Assembly: GCA_051362555.1 (NCBI GenBank) | Contig: CM120640.1 | Location: 67,248,788 to 67,312,787 of the forward strand | DNA: 64,000 nucleotides | From: Lingula anatina | Taxonomy: Eukaryota; Animalia; Brachiopoda | Reading direction: 5' to 3' | Notes under the pieces: model-generated | What the model was told of the DNA's origin: nothing | What the model saw: the letters and a program-made list of their open reading frames with translations, nothing else | Databases searched by the model: none | Position numbers and translations under genes: made by a program | Shown: piece by piece, positions 27,781-54,686 of the stretch | Numbering within the stretch: the stretch's first letter is position 1 | Layout of the letters: each line of letters starts with the position of its first letter

Positions 27781-30700
27781 ATGCTATTTGTGCAGATGTT
27801 TATCCTTTCGTGGTTGCTTGAATCTGAAAATGTTATTAACATCAATTTTATTAATGTACACCATTCTCGGGTAAAACGACATGGCCCTGATGCTGGCACT
27901 ATAGATGGTAAGAAGGTACAGTAGTACACTAGACTAGTTATATTAGTTCTCATGTTATTTACTTCAGTTATAGACATACAATTTATTTAGGTTCTACCAA
28001 GTGACCTAGCTTTCAGTTTCCCCTAAAATGTGAGTTAGTTAATTATAAGTTAGTTAAGTTACTCACAATCACTGCTAAGTAACCACTATACTGAGTTGGA
28101 GGGGACACTAGCAGGGATAATTATGAAATGCAAGGCTTATTATTATATAATTTTTATTATCGTTTTTATTTTCAAGACATTTTGGCACAAGGGACAACCT
28201 TCAGCCTATCACAATTGAATAGATCTACTGGTACAGTTCTTTCCTTTAAAAAAAGATTCCCTTATTGAATTAAATTTATTACAGGTCGCAGTTTATTTGT
28301 TTTGAAAAACAACAGAGGCAACATAACATTACCCAGTAACATTAATACTTCTATGGGCTATGTTGAGTACATATGGCATGTAGAAGTTAAGTCTCAGGAC
28401 TGTGGACAGCCACCATGGCAGCTGTCAGAGGGCACCCCCCACGTGAGACTTACAGGCGAGGTATTTCAACTACCAGAGCAAAACAAGTATAACAGGTGAG
28501 TATGATCTATTGCTATCATAGTCATATATTCTTGGATACTGTTTGTTTGATTATTACTTATTTTTGTTAGTGTAAATATTTTCTAGGTTGTGGTGTTAAT
28601 GATTTTGTACCCAATCTAGGATTTTGTGATTGATATCAAAAGAAAGCAACACAATTTGTTGGTGATTTATTGAATAAATTATGATGACTTTCCATTTCTC
28701 TAACTCTCAGTTTGCTACCATTTCTTCAAACAGGTGTGCTTCTGCTTATGTTCAATATGGCACATACACACTGGACAATTTGCAAGTTATACACAGTCCG
28801 CGGCTTTGTGGCCGGAGCAAGTTTAACCCCTTTGAGACCAGCAGTGACCTGTGGGTGGAATTTGTATATTACGGAAGGGAGAATGAAATTGCCAAAAATG
28901 AGGACATGGCAATACATCTGTATTATGAGATATTTTGTTTGGAGGCAGGTAAGAACAATTAAGAGTTTAAATTTAATATTTGATTTTTGCCACTTTTCTT
29001 TGAACTGTAACTATATAATAAAGAACACATTAAAATACTGTACATTTGTTTTGGCAATTGGACCTTGAAACATACATTTTGGTCTTCAGACTCTTCATTT
29101 ATATGGCAATCAAGTAGATGGACATTTTGGTTGAAAAAATAAATAACTGGCATTTCAATATCGGTATATAGAGCTTATGTACCAGTAGATGAATTATGCA
29201 TTATGCTCCATGCTTTTTTGTTTATGGTGGAATTAACTAGCGTCAGAAGAAGACTCGGCACTACCTGTTGTCCTAGGCTGTGTGATAACAGTCCTTGTTG
29301 TCATAACTCCTGGATCTGTGTACTGTATGTAAGTGCTGCTTTTATGGGCTCCCCTGTTGATACCTGGAGATGGTGGTGGTACAGAAATAATCTATGAAAA
29401 CTAACATGTAACCTCTTTATAGTGTGTCTTTGTTCATGTGTGTGTGCATGTGTGTGGTTGGAGGTGTTGAAGCACTGCATACTTTTTACATGTAGTCTTG
29501 GGCATGCAGTGCTAATTGTAACCCTGATACCACTCTTTGATAATTAACTTGAAAGGATATTTTAGATGGAACTGTAGTAGCTCTGGCAAGGGATTCCAAA
29601 AGCATGCAAGCTGCATTCACCTTTACTTTTGTTACATTTGTTATCATCATAAAATTAATTGTGCTATTATTTTCTCTTTTGTTTACAACCAATGGAATCA
29701 TGAATTTTACTGTTTCTGGAGTTTTTAGTTTGCTCTTTATTAAATCTTTGTGACATTCAATATATTTACTGCAGTAAAAAGAAAAGAGATGCCAGAAGAG
29801 TCAGAGAGAGACAAAGACGGAGAAGGTTAACCAGGAAAAATGTTGTCAGGAAACCTTATGGATCTGTCAAAAAGAAAGGCAAAGAAGATATTCCAGAGGT
29901 ACAGGTATTGTGTTTTATAGTTTTTAAAATCTTAATTTGCGTCTAGGTTGGCTTTTTAGAATGAGCACATTAATTTATCTTCATAATTTTTGATACATCT
30001 TTAAATTAAGTGACTTAAAGGTGTACAAAACACATTATAAGAAGACACAATATGACTGTAAAAATGTTTATATTTAAAGAGTGTTTTTTATATATTCATA
30101 GAGAGTTTCATGCTTGGAAAATTTTGACACACTCCAAAAATCTAAAGACAACACTTACGATGAAATCCCTGAGTTTAGGTTTCAAGCAAAAGTTGCCTTC
30201 AAAGGTATGCATTTAGTTAAAAAAAGATTTTTTAAAATCTCCCCATAAAATCTTACCATAAACAAGACATATCTCACTGTCAAACAAAAAACTAGATTCT
30301 GTCCATTTCCATTTTATTTACTTTCCTTTTTCTCTGTTCACTGCCACTAAACTGACAACCTGTATCTTTCCCCTCAGGTGATGACAGTACATACATGTGC
30401 CCAAGAGACATCAATGATAATGTCATCCCACCTCAAAACTCTGTTTTAGCCCACACTCTAGGAAAAGTAAGTCATGGTGTTTAGATTTTAGATTTTGTTT
30501 GACATGATACATGTATAACAGTTCTATTTCGGGCTTGCTCTAGATATTTTCTGAATACCACATAAAAACTTCTCGAAAAAAAAAAAAAAAGCATAGTAAT
30601 ATCTGAATATTGAAATATTTCAAAATAAGAATTGTAATCCAAAATTGTTTGTACAATTATAGTATATCTAGAATTATCAGTAATCAATTTGGCACAGTAA

Positions 30701-32093
30701 CAGACCTGTTAAGATAGTTAGACCACATAATTGCACTTGTATTTTGCATACAGGCTTGCCTGTATTTTAGTACTCTTCGGTGAATTCATCCTGTTATTTG
30801 AAGTGCCAGCCGTGGTATAAGTCAGTTACAAATACTCGATCGTCGTCCACTGTTTGCAACATACAAGAGCAAATTTTATCTTGGCTATGCTCTTGTATGT
30901 CGCATACAGTGGGCAACTCTTGTTGTAACTAGTACTTATAATACAGTATGTCTCACGATGTGCAATCTCTTCTACCAATTCAGAATGTAGGTGTTGACTC
31001 TACACTGAATATCCCAAAGAGTCCATCAGTGGCAACATACATGTCCTTTCATGGCATGCTTGCCTCATGTAATGGCCACAGTACACTGTTCTCCAACCAG
31101 TTGCCTCCAAGCAGACACAGGAGCTCTCAGTCCACAGAACTTCACAGTGAGGCACATTTCCAGCAGAGCTGCATTTCGCCATTGTACAGGTCGCCATCTA
31201 GTGAGGAGCCACAAGAAACCAAATTTAGAAGCAGCATCACTTTCCTGTCAAAATTAACACCAGTTTGGGGGGATTTGAAAAAGAAAATTTTGGGAAATCC
31301 AACCTCAACTCCACTTGATGATCTGGATGTTAAGAAGGCCTCATGTTATATGCAGGGTTTCACCAGAAAGCATCATTCTGCTCCTGAGCCCCATGATAAC
31401 GCTGTAACCAATCGGTCACCCAAACCCCATGTGCAATTTGACAAAATACAAAATCAGCTGCTTCCACAGAGTATTTATGCAAAATATTGTATTAAAATGA
31501 AGAAGGACCACCAGGGATTGGACAACATATCACAAGAGGAAGGCATGAGGGTCCCTCTTACCAAAATTTTGATTTCTCCTGCCAAAGATGACCTGGCTCC
31601 TGGAGTTGATGCTGCAGACCAGAGGGAAGACAACAGTGCCCCAGGTATGGTAAAGATACATGTAACCTCTGCATTTGACTGATGATAACTGATTTTTCAG
31701 ACTAGTACTCTCTACCAGATGAGTTCAACGTGGTGATTGCATCATTTATTGCAAAATTTCACATTATAAAATGAGTACAGAATTGGTGAGTATCTAGTAA
31801 AAATATTAAATTTCAAGACCATTATGGCTCACACTTCATTTTGGTTGCTGTGGTAAGTATACAAAAGGAAAAATTGCATTTGTCTTAATTTCATTATCTT
31901 GTGGTGCAGCTGTCACCTTTTATTTATTAAATTTGTCCCAGAAATGAAGAAGAGCAACCTTGCCACTGCCACACCTACCATTAAGGTAGAAGACTACAGT
32001 GACGTTGTGATGGAGACTCCTTGGGTGACAGCTCCAGACAGTGCCTCCCCCAAATCACCATCTGCTTGGAGCATGGACAGTGTCTTCATTTAG
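27781..32093 (+). CDS. Uncharacterised single-pass type I membrane protein with divergent CUB domain and long cytoplasmic tail (~591 aa)
   Basis: Phase-consistent exons: 27781-27907, 28285-28495, 28734-28948, 29241-29328, 29775-29904, 30102-30204, 30378-30466, 30984-31644, 31942-32093. Hydrophobic N-terminus and RVKR site; CUB-like motifs (GNITLP, YIWHV, VRLTGEVFQL, CASAYVQY, RLCG, SSDLWVEF, LYY); TM segment ALPVVLGCVITVLVVITPGSVYCI followed by KKKRDARRVRERQRRRR. Confidence 0.78.
30845..30914. other. Intronic hairpin (25-bp stem, 16-nt loop), pre-miRNA-like or MITE remnant
   Basis: CCACTGTTTGCAACATACAAGAGCA pairs with TGCTCTTGTATGTCGCATACAGTGG at 23/25 positions. A weaker outer stem extends it to ~30815-30940. 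Confidence 0.5.
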
Positions 32094-34031
32094 ACTCTAA
32101 AACCAATTATTTGTTTTAATCAGTTTGGAATCTAACAAGACGATAAATTGAATTCTTCTCATTGACAAATAGTTAAAAATGATCTAATGTAGAAAATGCA
32201 AAGTGATATATATTGTGTTGATCAGTTTTTGCATAGAAAGAAATGTATGAATTAATATTTTTTCATTGTATTTTTTCTGTACTTTGAGTTACAAATAGAT
32301 ATCAAGTAGAGCGTCATATGATCAATTAAAAGTATGCTACAACCAGTAGCAAAGTTTAGCTTTGCCCTGTATATTTTCTAAGACATATTTGTCCACTTAT
32401 TAATGTTTCGTAACACTGGTTATCAAAGAGAAAATGCAAAGTACAACGTTTCCCTTATTTTCTTTTTCATGTGCAACTTCTGAGACATAATGCTTATAGA
32501 AAAGAAAAATCTACAGGGGAAAACTTTGTTTAGACAAAGCAAAATGTCTTTATTGTTGATGCGTCTGCCTATGGTAAATGAGTCCTTTTTCTCATCAAAA
32601 ATACTACATTGTAAAAATTTTAGCATTACTGCAGCAATGGTCACACCTAATACGACATGGCAGAAGGCGTCAAAATCTCACTGCCTTGGCTTTGTTCTCA
32701 AATGTGTGCTCCAAGATCTTCCTTTGTGTGTAGTAACTTGAACCTGAATTGCCTGCCAAGTATTGAGATATGATGCCTTTCCACACCAAGCATTTTACCT
32801 TTGCGAAACTGCTGCACTAAAGTTTTGAAGTTCTACCATGTAATTACAATACAGAGGACTTCACTTGGCTTGTTGAGCATGGGAGCTCCTTTTAGGCGAC
32901 TCTTGTGTTATAGTCAATCTCTCAGAACATACTGGTATAGCTTGATCTCTAAGATATTGTGTTTGAAAGCCTACAAATATGTAGTCAATTTTTTAAAAAT
33001 ATAAATGTATATAAGCACAAAAAAAAAACATACAACTAAATTAAGTGAATTTTTTTTATTCCTCCAGTTGTTGAATATGGAATGTTACACTCTTACAGGG
33101 GAAAAATCTGTGCTTTGGACAATTTTGTAAATAATAATAATAGTGTATATAACTTTCAGTAAACCTGAAAAAATCCAGTGTTTTTACAACACAGTCCATT
33201 CATGCTTCATGCTGCACATGATTGCAAGGTTGCTCAATGGCATATAGAACATTTGTATGATGCATTTGTAAAATAAATAACTCTTTTTAAAATATGTATA
33301 ACTTAAGTCCTCACAGATATAACAAAATACTTGACGAATTATTTGTCCCCAGTCAAATATGACATTTTAAAATTCTAATATTGCACATCAACTCGTAAAT
33401 GAGATTCATAGATATATCACATTTGTGCCCACCCCCTCTCTTACTTGTCTTATATTACCATCCAGTTCTTTGATCAGACGAACAGTTCTGATTTTTAACA
33501 CATGCAAGGGGCTCTGGGTTTAGTCAGTTCTCTGATTACCACCTGGAAAGTTTCCTTGAATCCAATTAGGACATATAATCCCCACAACTATGTCACTTTC
33601 CACTTAAATCGTGGAAACCACTTCTGCTTTACAGAAAAAAGGATTAACACCTTGTGAGTTGCCAACATTACACTTCTCAAAAGGTAGTGATCAATTAGCT
33701 TAACTTTTAATAAATAAATTGTGATAGATATCGAAACTTAAAATGTGAAGAATATAGAACTCTTCATCACAACTTTGTGCCTTTTGTGATACTTCTTGCT
33801 AACAGAACAGAGCAAGTGCTGGCACTATTATGTCCCTTAATACATGCAGTGAAAGACAACAGTGATATTATCATTAATCAAAATGTTACATCCTGCTATC
33901 AATTTCAATTTCTTTTTTCAGAACAGACCAGATGAAAGAACATGACTCGTATACTGACTTAACAAATTATTGCAAAATAAAATTATGCATGTGAAATCTT
34001 CAATGTCAACAGGAAAGTTTTCCCAGTATCT

Positions 34032-47679
<13,648 letters not shown>

Positions 47680-47699
47680 TTAAATAACTATAGCTATGG

Positions 47700-48050
47700 T
47701 TCCTACATTTTAAATTGAAAAACTACCCGATTATTCCGCCGGACACGGTATTCAGCTGACATTGACAGCCATGATTGTATACAAAAGTAGTCTCACGTGG
47801 ATCAATTCGAGTTGATTACTCCGCCAACTCGTACGCAAACTCGGGAGCTTATATGCAATGCTAAATTACATTTATTACCATGAAACACCTTAAATTTACA
47901 AATTAATATTACATATCTGCATTTTAGTACATTTTTATTGTATGAATAAAAGTGTCTTTTTAAATAAACATGCGTATTTTTTTCTTGCGGATTTAGGTCG
48001 CGAGTCAGATGTCAGATACAAAACTTCCGTTTCCAATCGCGCACTTCCTT
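47700..48050 (-). promoter_or_regulatory. Putative HECTD2 promoter
   Basis: CpG-enriched region upstream of the ATG with an E-box CACGTG (47794-47799) and ETS cores ACTTCCG / CACTTCC (~48023-48048). Confidence 0.45.
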
Positions 48051-48649
48051 TTCTATGGTGGCCCCAAAGTCCCGAAATATACAAAGAAAAGTATTCCGAA
48101 AAAAAAAAAAACTTTAAAAAAAAAGAGAGAAAGAAAAAAAAGAAAAATCTAGTTTGTAAGAGTAAATTTATTTGATCAACTTTTTAATCGTAACCGTTAG
48201 CTATTTAGATCTAGATAAATTTAAATTCAACTTGTTGGCCTTTTGGCTTAAATTTAGGGCCTTCACAAATTCGTTTTAAAATGTAGACACACAAGAAGTG
48301 TGGTTTTATACCGATACCGGAGGAGAAAATAGAGGCCCAGCAGGAAAAGCATCTGCGGACCTCTTCAAATAATCCTGATATCAGTCCTTTCCTTCAAACA
48401 GCAGCCGTTTCGAGCGAACTAATTAATGCGTCTCATGAAGAAGCCTGGTGGTGAATAACCCCTACAACTGATATGTATAATTTCAACTAACTGATGTGTG
48501 CTTAGACTGAATTAAACGCATATTCAATATGTCTGAGTGTTATGTACCTTAACATATACATATGAGATGAATGTCCTAAACTTATATAATTTTGTACGCT
48601 TAATTCAAGCGTGGGCTCGAAATAGGACATTACGTTTTAGACTTACTTA

Positions 48650-49197
48650 GAGCGCATTCTCAACGAATTAAGCCAGGCTTTGCAAAGCCGGTGACCTAAA
48701 AATGGCGGACGTACATGAAAGAAAAACCGCCTAATCTTTTAATAGTCTCTCCGCCTCCCCACACGTCGTCCCTGCGGGGTACAGTAATATTAAATCGCGT
48801 CTCCGTTCGCCATGCGGAAGCTACCTGAGAAATATTAAGTGCGCATGCTCATCAGTTAAACTCGTGGTGAAGAAAGCATGGCGGCTGAAGGCGATCGAAG
48901 GAAAAAAGCTCTTCTGTTCTATTATATTTGAAAACAGAGACGAAAAAGGAATAATTTGGCCCGTAGAGCAGCAATGAATCGACTATCTACGGAGATAATA
49001 TCACCAGAGATATTCACGGAAATATTAATGTTCGGAGCCGAGATTTAATTACTGTACCCCGCAGGGACGACGTGTGGGGAGGCGTGTGAGAGGTGGAGAG
49101 ACTATTAAAAGATTAGGCGGTTTTTCTTTCATGTACGTCCGCCATTTTTAGGTCACCGGCTTTGTAAAGCCTGGCTTAATTCGTTGAGAATGCGCTC
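48650..49197. mobile_element. PIF/Harbinger (Tourist-like) MITE, 548 bp, with ~145-bp inverted arms
   Basis: Arms GAGCGCATTCTCAACGAATTAAGCCAGGC... and ...GCCTGGCTTAATTCGTTGAGAATGCGCTC are near-perfect, with one ~12-nt insertion in the right arm. 3-bp TTA duplication at 48647-48649 and 49198-49200. Confidence 0.92.
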
Positions 49198-51668
49198 TTA
49201 GTGGATAACGCGATCCAAAGATTCCACGGTTCGTGTCAGATTTACGTGAGGTCGCGCAAAGAAAACCCAAGTCTACATAATGACCAGTTTAATGGTTTAT
49301 TAGTTGACGCTCCCTAACTACATGTTCTACGTGAAGTCTCCAACTTCCAAGCCGTCTCCCATGGCTCTGTCGAGCGGTCACCTTCGAGTCTTCTTCAGTC
49401 TGCCCCCCGATATTAATTCTGAACGTCTTTTATACAATATTTCTTATCAGTGGATTCTGTGCTGCATTATTTGGCGGTACATACTAATTTTAATTATTCA
49501 AATTGCACACGTCCACTTAAGTTACATAATTACAGGTAAGGCCATAAAACAAGTCAATTGCACAAGCAAGCTACTCTAATCAAATTAATTAAAACGTCTG
49601 GGAATTATATTTGTGAACTCTACAGAGGATACGTCCATATTCAGAGCAAATTCAACACACGCAGGCTCCTTCCCTTCTTAGGCCTATAATTCACTTGATT
49701 ACATATATAATGTCATTTTTGCATTCATTCTGAAAATCAAAATACAGCCGCATTCATTTATTTTACTCATTTATTCATGATATGTTCTTCCTTTAGTTTA
49801 TTGAAACAGTCAGGTTATTTCCCCCATAGACATGTTGCTTTAGTTACATGTTGAAAAAAACCTGATAAAATTGTGTCACGATTATCTGTAACAGCTTATG
49901 AATAATGCTAGATCTGAAGCGGGAGTGGAAAGTGAGAGCGGGACCCTACTTGTTTTACTGACGATAAATATTTTTTTATCATTGAATGCATCGAGCGCAA
50001 CTTCAATTCTCAACTACCACAATTTCTGTAATGAGGGCAGTAGATGGGTGCATCTGTAGTGTTTACTTCTGTCTCTAACCGGCTCGTGCTTAATCTGTTC
50101 ATAGAAGGCCTTTTTTATCTGTTCTTGTCGTCTACTACAAATAGTTTTCAGTGTATCAGCTTCAGTGAATTAACGAAATCAAAACACAGAACAAAAAAAG
50201 CAGATGGTTATTCCTCCCACCACATTTCCAGTAATTTTACATGATTTAGGATTTGTATAGGCCCATCACCGGTATTTTGCTTGTAGACTATTGTTATTAT
50301 TGTTCTCGCTTTTCCGGCAATAAATTCTAAGTGATTGGACAAGCGCCTCTTGTTTCCCAAGCCAAACTGACTTCTATTGCGTGTCTGTATGATACATTTT
50401 AGTGAGAATACAATTTTTATGGCGCTAGCTGGGTATTGCTGATTACTGCCGCTGCTCGAAAGTACGTATGAAGGGAGACACCGGTGTGACAGAAATGGTT
50501 GTCCTTGAGATGGAAGTCAGGGGTCAAATATGAGTAGTACAGGTTTGGGTTAGTCGGAAAATTGGGGTACCGGTACATGTAAGTATGTATATGGGACGAA
50601 TGTCACCTGTACAAAGTAATGAAGAACAGACTGCGGTTCCCAGCAGACTACCATTCCTGTAACAACGGCCTCTTTATATGTACAAACACATCGTGTCTAC
50701 ATACATCCATCACCTGCATCTGTCGGCGTCGCCGTGCACTTTTAATCGTAAACAGTGGATTTTAGGAATAAAGTACAGCTTGAGGACGCAAACTGGCCAG
50801 ATTGGATTCTTTATCTAAAAGTTGTGCCTTTTTTCTTTCTTTTTTTAATTTTTCATTATCATACATGGGCATTTTCAGTTTTTAACTTTGAACTCCCATG
50901 ATCCTGAAACCCATTTCTGTAGGTCTAATTAAGAACTGGTAGTGATAAATGCTATTTTAAGAAAAAAGTAATAATGCATCAAAATTGACAAAATATATTT
51001 TGAAATGCCAACGTTAACACCATGAAAGGATAACCGTGTTACTTTTCATCCTCAAACTCAAATGATTATTAGGACTAAAAAAACAGCTCAAGTTCGAAAA
51101 TCAGCCGGAAGTTTTCATTTTCCCCACACTGACATATATTTTAAATGTGTCTGCGAACTCCCAAGGCCCTGTACTCCTGTACTAGTAGCTTTTTCTGTGC
51201 ATAATTAAAATTGTTGGTGAAATATTATGCTGATAAACATTATGTAATATTGCATAAACAGACAAAGACCCTATTTTGTGCACTTTCAACGTTTTTAAAT
51301 TTTATTTATTTATTTATCATTATTATTATTATTATTTTATTTTTTTTTTTTTTTACATTTTGACAGTTCAGCTGCCTTGTTTTCACTGACCACTACTCCC
51401 AATTGTTAGCCAATTTAACAAATTTTATGTATGTTCCATAAGGGTTGTAGGAAGTTGGGTTTTCTACCACTTAAGAGCCATGAGTGCCAACCGGTATATG
51501 CTTAATTGACTCTAAGTAAAATTATGTGCTACGTATAAATGCTTGAATTGAGTGGTGAAGAATCTTATAGGTGAATGTAGATATAGAAAACACAATATGC
51601 CAAGGATGATATCCAGGCCATACTCAAATACTATCATAATACTACTCAAATTTTAAATAGTTTGCTTT

Positions 51669-51703
<35 letters not shown>

Positions 51704-52462
51704 TATAGCACATAGTTGACGTAGGCAAAGTGAAATATATCCATATAGTTATGAAGAAAGCTACACAGAAAAAAAACGCAATAACATATCAGTTATACTA
51801 ATTATATTTGCTTACCATAAGCCTCCCAAAGTATGGAAAAATATAGATCAAAATAAGCCAGTCTGATTACAAAGTATCAGTTATTAAGTATGAATTTTTT
51901 ATGTAGGAAAAAACAGCAAATGTGTCTGAACTGCCTAAAAGTTAACCGACACTGCATTATATACAAAATGCTACCATAAATGATAAATGGCACTAAACCA
52001 ACGATGTGTATGACCGTTCCTTTTTAATTGGAAAGTACTTTTACAGGTTTGCACAGAAATGATGTTCGCTAATGAACATGCGTGGAGGCGGAAAAGTCAA
52101 TCGGTAAGAAAAACTTCATGGATTAACACCGAACGGTTCTCCATTTATCAAATGTTTGCAGCTTTAGAATCTTCCTCAAAAAGAATCGGAAGTGGCATCC
52201 GCGAGAGGAGTTTTTATGTACCTGCCATTGATTGCCTACTGCACAATAGTATTTGCAGGGCACGGTGACACGCTCGGAGGTTGGTATTCTAGGAGCGTTT
52301 GATCGAAATATCAGGGCTGTTAAACATGTAACTAGGAAATGGACGCACATGGTTGTATCTTAAACATGGATATTAGCAGGCCCGCTGACGCTATATGTTA
52401 GTGATGCTATTAGCGCTGAGACATACCGTTGTTCCACCAACAACCTGTGATAAAAATTGGTT

Positions 52463-54686
52463 ATGCCCTCAAGATTTTTGCTGCTACTCCTCGTGAGCAT
52501 TTGTATTGTGGATTTTTACCATGGTGAGTTAGGAATACATAGTTCAATTATCAAACGCTTGATAAATTTAAGCTATTTTCATAGTAAAACCTTCGTCGAT
52601 ACAAATGAAGGCCTCTGTGCCTTTAACTTACTTACGATCATTTCGTCAAATTCATTGTCTACGTAAATTAGTATATTCAAACGGATACCATGATAGGTTT
52701 AATAATTTTTTTTTACAAATATAGCGTATAAAAATATTTTTAAAATATTGCATGGTATGTATGTGCGATATAAATGCTACAAATATATGTTAAACCACAT
52801 TGTCTTCTTTGGTTGTTTTACAAGATAATCTCTTTGACCATATTCTGATTAATCCAAATTTGGCTGTCAAAGATATTTTTTTAATAATTCTTGATAAAAA
52901 CATAACAAGGGTTGATGCAAACATGTCACACTAACAGTTTTTTTCCTTTAAATAATTCAATTAATTGGCACATTGTTTTATCACAGGCAGTACGGATAGA
53001 TTGCTGGCGCACGCAGTCGAGTCGGAGGGCAGCTCCAACCATGGCAGCCAAAGACACAAACGCAGTACTGGTATGTTTATAGTCCCTATCTCTGTTTCTC
53101 CGTCGTGATGTACATGTGTAGTTTAAGATGGATATTTGCTCATATTATTCAAGAATATCAGTATGAAAAGAGAATGACTAATAAGTCAGTACGCTTTTTT
53201 GGTCCCAAAACCCTACTGTCAGTGAAATTTAGTACATGCGTGTAAGACATGGTATTTTGGGCTATTTGGGAGGGTGGGAAGCTGGTTTCTCAATTTCAGT
53301 CTGTACTCTTTTTTACTCTTCTTTGGGTTCAGTGGTCCATATTGAGGTTTCTACACATTTTATTGTTCTGTGCATTTTTCATTAGAAGGTCAGATCTGCA
53401 AAGTAATGAAAATGACTGTGCTTTATTTTGACGGTATTGAGCATAAATGAAATCTAGAACTTGTAGAGATTCTGTTTGAAAATAGCAGGGTTCCTTATTC
53501 GTCCCCTGGCTCTGACTATGATTTAGGATTGCATCTGTTCACAGGTTGGACAGAGACCTCTGGTAAGAAGCTAGACTCTGATTCTATACTAGAACCAGAC
53601 AATTCAAACACTGGCCTGAGTGATTGCAAAGCAAAATGCGAGCGGATCACTGAATGCGTAGCTATAAATCATAAGAGTACTGGAGGGAAGTGTGAAGCTT
53701 TGAGTGTGCAAACTGGAACTTTCATAACCCCGAGTGGTCAACCCTGGAATTTCTACGCATTTGATCGCTCTGTCCTGCCATCATCGGAAGAGACAACAAC
53801 AATAACGGAAGAGGCAACAACGACGACGGAAAAGACGACAACAACAACTGAAGAGACAACAACAACGCAAGAAATAACATCAGCGCCATTAGACGATACA
53901 ACAACAACAACAAAGGAAGAGGCAACAACAACAACAACGCAAGAGTTAACAACAACGTCATTAGAAGAGACAAAAACAACGCAAGAAATAACAACAACGC
54001 CATTAGAAGAGACAACAACAACAACAACGGAAGAGACAACAGCAACGCATGAGATAACAACAATCCAAGTAGAAGAGACAACCACAAGGCAAGAGATAAC
54101 AACAATATCATTAACAACAACAGCAACAACAACTACAGCTACATCGTTTGAAGACACAACTGCAACGCCAAAAGGTAAGTTTTGGTTTGTTTATGGTCTT
54201 CAAGGCATGGAGTAGTTCTGAACCAAACTAAGCGGTTTCCAATGCAACCACTGGCGTTTTTAATTTGCTATTCAAAATTTCCAAAACTCACAGAATTAAA
54301 GACGGTTCTAAGGAAAAGAAAGCTGGGCTTCCCTTACTGATTTACCCATTGCAAGAACTAGCTACCCAAAATGTAAGTTTTGAAATTTGTTCCTTTCAGT
54401 TTGCAGCCAGCCGAAGAAAAAATCATACCTGTATGGCAGACTTTTAAGTGGTTCTTTTCCTGACAGCAAGCATAGCATTGGAATTACAACACACGTCACA
54501 AAGCTACAGTGTGCAATATTATGTGCCAGTAGGTTCGACTGTGAAGGTTTTACCTTCCGACCCGAAGGAGGGGCCTGTCTCCTGTTCGGTACCAAGTTAG
54601 TAGATATTCCTCCGAGCGATATTGAAAGTGATGGGCAGAGCCAAAATGTGGTATATTTTGAAGAAAAAATGGGGGCTTGCGACTAG
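52463..54686 (+). CDS. Secreted PAN/Apple - Thr/Glu-rich mucin - PAN/Apple protein (~353 aa)
   Basis: Exons 52463-52523, 52987-53070, 53545-54174, 54400-54686, all with phase-1 junctions. Signal peptide MPSRFLLLLLVSICIV; RHKR furin site; PAN-like CKAKCERITECVAINH...KCEAL and CAILCASRFDCEGFTF...ACLL; ~130-aa (TTT)nEE repeat linker. Confidence 0.85.

Noticed and set aside
49300-50620. Short exon-like open segments on the minus strand
   Set aside because: Could not be joined into a phase-consistent model and show no recognisable homology.
53722-54157. Poly-Leu and poly-Val ORFs on the minus strand
   Set aside because: Antisense of the ACA-rich Thr repeat.
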